This document shows positions 59,629 through 64,000 of a stretch of 64,000 bases of DNA, piece after piece. The notes beneath the pieces were generated by a model, which made no database searches, was not told the origin of the DNA, and saw only the letters and a program-made list of their open reading frames with translations. The stretch's first letter is position 1; each line of letters starts with the position of its first letter. The position numbers and the translations under genes were made by a program. The DNA comes from Bdellovibrionales bacterium (lineage in GTDB: Bacteria > Bdellovibrionota > Bdellovibrionia > Bdellovibrionales > JAUICD01). The stretch lies in assembly GCA_965262715.1 (NCBI GenBank), contig OZ253553.1, positions 1,664,001-1,728,000 of the forward strand, in the 5' to 3' direction.

Positions 59629-62600
59629 GTGAAAATCCTTGAGCTTAAGTTTAAAAATTTAAACTCTCTCTATGGAGAGTGGATTATAGATTTTACATCT
59701 CCAGGGTATATTTCAGATGGAATTTTTGTTTTAACAGGGCCAACCGGGTCTGGAAAATCAACAATTTTGGATGGTATATCCTTAGCTCTTTATGGTACAA
59801 CTCCGCGTCTTGGTAAAATTAGCCAAATCAGCAACGAAGTTATGTCTAGGAATACAGGTGAGTGTTATGCTGAGCTTACATTTGAATCTCAATCTGGTAA
59901 ATTTCGATGTCATTGGAGTCAACATCGCGCAAGAAAAGATCCTACAGGAAATCTCATTGCTTCAAAGCATGAGATATCTGATATTCGAACTGGTCAAATA
60001 CTTGGATCAAAAAAAACAGATGTATCTGTTATTATTGAAGAGAAAACAGGAATGGACTTTAGGCGTTTCACTCGTTCTATCCTTTTAGCTCAGGGAGAAT
60101 TTGATACATTTTTAAGAGCCAGCCCAGAGGATAAATCTATGATTCTTGAACAGATCACTGGAACTGAAATTTATACTGAAATTTCTAAAAAAGTTCATGA
60201 GAGAAGAAGAAATGAAAAGAATACATTGGAAATACTACAGGCACAAGTTTCAGGAATTAATCTTCTTTCTGAGAAGGAAGAGGAAAAAGCTAAACATGAC
60301 CTGAAAATTAAAAAAGAATCTAAAACAAAAAAACAAAATGAATTAGAAGAAGTTAAAACAGCAATTCAATGGCGTAATAAGATCAATGAAATTCAGGACA
60401 AAATTCAAGGTTTGTCTAAAGAAAATGAAAACTTAGATATAGAAATCGAGTCTTTTAAACCAAAGCGAGAAAAACTTAAATCTGCACAAAAAGCTACTAA
60501 GTTAAAAGGAGATTATATCAAATTATGTGAAATTCGAAAGCAACAAAACAGAGATCAAAGTGTTATTAAAACTAAGAGAAAGGAATGTGATGATAAAGCA
60601 AAAGAAGAATCTCAAAGAAGAAATGAGTTAGAAACAGCTAAAAATGGAATTATTGAATGTAAAAAAGAACAAGCATTATTAACCCCAAAAACAAGGGAAA
60701 CTCGTTTATTGGATCAACAGATATGTGAAAGGAAAAGATCGATTGATAATTTGCAAGCAGACTATAAAAGTCTTGATCAAAAAATAATTAAAAATAAAAA
60801 AGAAGCAGAACAAAAAAAAGAAGAACTCAACAATGTTCAAAGAAAGATAGAAGGGATTCAAAGCTATTTACAAACCAATGCTCAAGACGAATTACTTATA
60901 CAACAACTGCCTGTTATTAAAGAACAATTCAAATCTATACTCCCTATGGAAAAAGATATATTTAAAAAGATAGATTCTGTAAAAAAGAATGAAAAAGAAT
61001 TAAATGATACTTTAGCAAAAATTTCTGATAGTGATAAACGGTTAAATTCATGTAAAGATAAAAGAAAACAAGTAACTAAACAGTTTGAACTTGAAAAAAA
61101 TCAATTAAATGACCTTCTTAGAGACCAGTCGCTTAATGACTACCGTAAAGAAAAAGATAAATTATGGCAACAGATGATTTCTTTAAAGAAGATAACGGAC
61201 TTGAAATCAGAGAGAAACAATCTTAAAGATAGTCAACCATGTCCATTGTGTGGATCAAAAGATCATCCCTATGTCAACAAAAGCAGTTTGCCAGGTAAAG
61301 ACGAAACAGAAAAAAAGATAGAGCAACTTGATCAATTAATAAAAGAAGCTGAAGGTCATGAGATAAAAATTAAAGAATATGAAAAATTAAAAGAACAACA
61401 TTTAAATGAATATAATTCTATTGAGAAAAAGCAAATTCAATATATGACTCAGAAAGAAAACTGTGAAAATGAGTTAAGAAAATTGCAACAAGAAATTAGT
61501 GATCAAAATGAGAGTTTTGAAAAATTAAAAGAAGAGATATCAAATAAACTCAAACCTTTTGGTATTCAAGAAGCTTCTAAAGAAAATATAGCTTTACTAG
61601 AAGACCGATTTAAAAAATGGCAAGAGCAGAAACAGTGTGAGGAAAAAGTAAAAGAACAAAAAACTAAACTAGAAGTTAATCTTAATAGTCTTGAAGCTAT
61701 TATTAGAAATGATAATCCATTATTGGTAGAAAAAGAAAAGAAAATTATAAATCTTAAAAAGGAATACAAAGATCAAAGAATTAAACGTCAAGATTTATTT
61801 GGAGATAAAGATCCAGATAAGGAAGAAGAACGTCTAAGTAAAGTTGTTTTAAAGGCAGAAGAAGATAAGGAAAATATTCAAGAAAAATATAATGAAATTC
61901 AAAAAAATCTATATTCTATAAAAGATCACATCAAATCACTAGAGGACCAAATTTTACAAAGAAGTAGTATGCTTCAGGCTTTAGAAGCAACATTTAAGGA
62001 CTATCTGAAATCATCTGGTTTTGTAAGTGAACAGAACTTTAAAGAATGCTTGTTACCTGATGAAGAACAAAGCAAACTTACAGATAAAATGAAACAGCTT
62101 AATGATGAAAAAACAAGTATTCAAGCAAGAAAGAGTGAACAGGAGAATGCTTTAGCCGAAGAAATGAATAAAAAAACAACTCATTTAACAGCAGAGGACT
62201 TAAAATTATCACAAACAAAACTTAAGGAAGATTTAGAAACAGTAACAAATGATATTGCTGAGTTAGAGTATAAAATCAAAGACAATGAACAATCTAAGCA
62301 GAAATTTAAAGAACAACAGATTCTTATTAAAAAACAAAAAAAAGAATATAGTAGATGGGAAAATCTAGGTGACCTTATTGCTTCAGCTGATGGAAAAAAA
62401 TACAGAAATTTTGCACAAGGACTAACTTTTAACTTAATGATCTCACATGCCAATAAGCAACTTAAAAAGATAACAGATAGATATTTGTTGATACATGATA
62501 ATAAAAAACCTCTTGAGCTTAATGTCGTTGATAACTATCAAGCAGGTGAAATTCGTCCAATAAAAAATCTATCAGGAGGCGAGAGCTTTATTGTGAGTCT

Positions 62601-62865
62601 TGCCTTAGCTTTAGGTCTTTCAAAAATGGCTAGTCGTAAAGTTCGTGTTGACTCTCTTTTTTTAGATGAAGGTTTTGGAACATTAGATGAAGATACACTA
62701 GAAACAGCACTGGAAGCACTAGCTAGTTTACAACAAGATGGAAAGTTAATTGGTGTCATATCACACGTTTCTGCATTAAAAGAACGTATAAGCACACAAA
62801 TTCATATCACTCCAACTTCAGGAGGTAGAAGCTTAATAAACGGCCCGGGTGTGCAGAGAATCTAG
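59629..62865 (+). CDS. sbcC: Exonuclease SbcCD subunit C
   Basis: GPTGSGKST, CPLCG zinc hook, long coiled coils, LSGGE, LFLDEGFGTLD. Confidence 0.95.
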   Translation: MKILELKFKNLNSLYGEWIIDFTSPGYISDGIFVLTGPTGSGKSTILDGISLALYGTTPRLGKISQISNEVMSRNTGECYAELTFESQSGKFRCHWSQHRARKDPTGNLIASKHEISDIRTGQILGSKKTDVSVIIEEKTGMDFRRFTRSILLAQGEFDTFLRASPEDKSMILEQITGTEIYTEISKKVHERRRNEKNTLEILQAQVSGINLLSEKEEEKAKHDLKIKKESKTKKQNELEEVKTAIQWRNKINEIQDKIQGLSKENENLDIEIESFKPKREKLKSAQKATKLKGDYIKLCEIRKQQNRDQSVIKTKRKECDDKAKEESQRRNELETAKNGIIECKKEQALLTPKTRETRLLDQQICERKRSIDNLQADYKSLDQKIIKNKKEAEQKKEELNNVQRKIEGIQSYLQTNAQDELLIQQLPVIKEQFKSILPMEKDIFKKIDSVKKNEKELNDTLAKISDSDKRLNSCKDKRKQVTKQFELEKNQLNDLLRDQSLNDYRKEKDKLWQQMISLKKITDLKSERNNLKDSQPCPLCGSKDHPYVNKSSLPGKDETEKKIEQLDQLIKEAEGHEIKIKEYEKLKEQHLNEYNSIEKKQIQYMTQKENCENELRKLQQEISDQNESFEKLKEEISNKLKPFGIQEASKENIALLEDRFKKWQEQKQCEEKVKEQKTKLEVNLNSLEAIIRNDNPLLVEKEKKIINLKKEYKDQRIKRQDLFGDKDPDKEEERLSKVVLKAEEDKENIQEKYNEIQKNLYSIKDHIKSLEDQILQRSSMLQALEATFKDYLKSSGFVSEQNFKECLLPDEEQSKLTDKMKQLNDEKTSIQARKSEQENALAEEMNKKTTHLTAEDLKLSQTKLKEDLETVTNDIAELEYKIKDNEQSKQKFKEQQILIKKQKKEYSRWENLGDLIASADGKKYRNFAQGLTFNLMISHANKQLKKITDRYLLIHDNKKPLELNVVDNYQAGEIRPIKNLSGGESFIVSLALALGLSKMASRKVRVDSLFLDEGFGTLDEDTLETALEALASLQQDGKLIGVISHVSALKERISTQIHITPTSGGRSLINGPGVQRI

Positions 62866-63081
62866 GTTTTCTTAAACCCAAAAGTGTTGCGCTTGCAATT
62901 TGAAGTTACGAAATGATGAATCTCATATTATATAACTTTTAAAAATATCTATAATCATAGAAAAGTTGCACTTGCAATTTATATTAAAATAATTGAAGCT
63001 ATGCTACAGATAAAAGGCTCTTTGCAGGTGTAGTGTCCCTGCAAAGAGCTGGAGATAAAAAATTATCAAGTTATATAATCA

Positions 63082-63711
63082 TTAAAGGCCGTTTTTTATA
63101 TTCATCATGTATTTTCCAGTAGGTTTAGGTGCAACTTGCCCTACACCCATCTCCCAATGATCTTCTTGAGTTCCTCCTAAATCACCTACAGCGATGACGA
63201 TAAAGTTAGGAGAAAACTTCTCAGTGTTATCTATCTTTGCATCAGTAGGGATTGTTAATGTTCCAGTAGGTAAATAAGTGCACTCACCTGAATTATTACA
63301 AAAATCTTCTGTGTCAATTCTTGTTTTACTTGCTGTATCTGGAACAGGCGGACCATCATAATCACTTAAGTTTGCAGGTAGTATAGTACCCGCCACCCAA
63401 TCACCTGGATCCACTGCGACTAAGCCATTAAATCCTGTTTTATAATGAATATCACCACTTGGTGAAAAACCCATTTGTATAAAGTTAGATGTAGAATATC
63501 CCCATTCAGAATTAAACGCTATATTTGAAGTGTATATACTACCTAACATTAACTTAGGTTCAACTTGTCTGGCTTTCCTCTGATACTTTTGATAGTTAGG
63601 TATCGCAATCGCGGACAATACACCAATAATAGCAACTACAACCATCACCTCAACGAGTGAAAATCCCTTTTGATTTAATATTAATATCTTTTTTGCCTGT
63701 TTCATAAGCAT
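63082..63711 (-). CDS. Type IV pilin, paralogue of 52844-53473
   Basis: QKG/FSLVEVMVVVAIIGVL; same length (209 aa) and highly similar. Confidence 0.92.
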   Translation of the reverse strand: MLMKQAKKILILNQKGFSLVEVMVVVAIIGVLSAIAIPNYQKYQRKARQVEPKLMLGSIYTSNIAFNSEWGYSTSNFIQMGFSPSGDIHYKTGFNGLVAVDPGDWVAGTILPANLSDYDGPPVPDTASKTRIDTEDFCNNSGECTYLPTGTLTIPTDAKIDNTEKFSPNFIVIAVGDLGGTQEDHWEMGVGQVAPKPTGKYMMNIKNGL

Positions 63712-63718
63712 CTACCTT

Positions 63719-64000
63719 TTATAAAGAGGCTATAACTTTACCGCAAAATACATTAAATAATTTACTATCTATTGCCTCACATCTTAGAGGCTGATCATTT
63801 TCTAAACTGACTTTTAAAGAGCAGTTATAAACTCTATACTGATTAAATTGATATTCATTGGATAGCTGATTACAAACTTCTAAAATTTCTTTACCTTTAA
63901 ATAAGTCACATTGAACCTGGCAGACATTGACAAAGGTGGCATTGCTACCTGTATTATTAACTCTTGCTATATAATCCGTATCAGGCCTGTATTTAGCATA
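63719..64000 (-). CDS. Partial paralogue of 53487-53951 (runs off the window)
   Basis: Translates YAKYRPDTDYIARV...YRVYNCSLKVSLENDQPLRC...FCGKVIASL*. Confidence 0.8.
   Translation of the reverse strand, partial: YAKYRPDTDYIARVNNTGSNATFVNVCQVQCDLFKGKEILEVCNQLSNEYQFNQYRVYNCSLKVSLENDQPLRCEAIDSKLFNVFCGKVIASL

Noticed and set aside
517..62795. Many short ORF-track entries overlapping larger genes (e.g. 517-726, 6796-7128, 16923-17291, 24633-24932, 42354-42749, 59792-60088, 62538-62795)
   Set aside because: Shadow or alternate-frame ORFs of well-supported genes, with no recognisable motifs
62886..62980. Two GTTGC(G/A)CTTGCAATT dyads after sbcC
   Set aside because: Real but short, between convergent genes; no function supportable
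1..64000. tRNA/rRNA genes
   Set aside because: No cloverleaf or rRNA-like sequence recognised by eye; tRNAscan-SE and barrnap would be needed to exclude them formally

Overview
AT-rich bacterial chromosomal window. The gene mix (type IV pilins, RCC1/Sel1/ankyrin-repeat secreted proteins, M16 peptidase pair, sigma54-type motifs) suggests a Bdellovibrionota/Oligoflexia-like, possibly host-associated organism; this taxonomy is inference only. Housekeeping genes include glpK, trhO, glnII-type GS, map, orn, bamA-skp-fabZ, purN, tsaB, rseP, murC, dacB, lgt and sbcCD. Main non-routine observations: (1) a ~420-bp tandem array at 10.5-12.1 kb plus a diverged fifth copy, each unit reading as a minus-strand sigma54 promoter, a ~56-62-nt C-rich small RNA and a terminator; (2) two paralogous CRISPR-type arrays of a 37-bp repeat with no cas genes in the window, whose leader-proximal 'spacers' are oversized (152 bp, and 965 bp carrying two ORFs); (3) an IS1634-family element flanked by a 1593-bp direct repeat that duplicates lgt; (4) two inverted 11-6-11 palindromic sites upstream of the major pilin; (5) an Rpn nuclease followed by a free-standing duplicate of its C-terminal module; (6) several families of structured intergenic repeats/MITEs. 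Coordinates of non-coding features were read by eye and may be off by a few bases.
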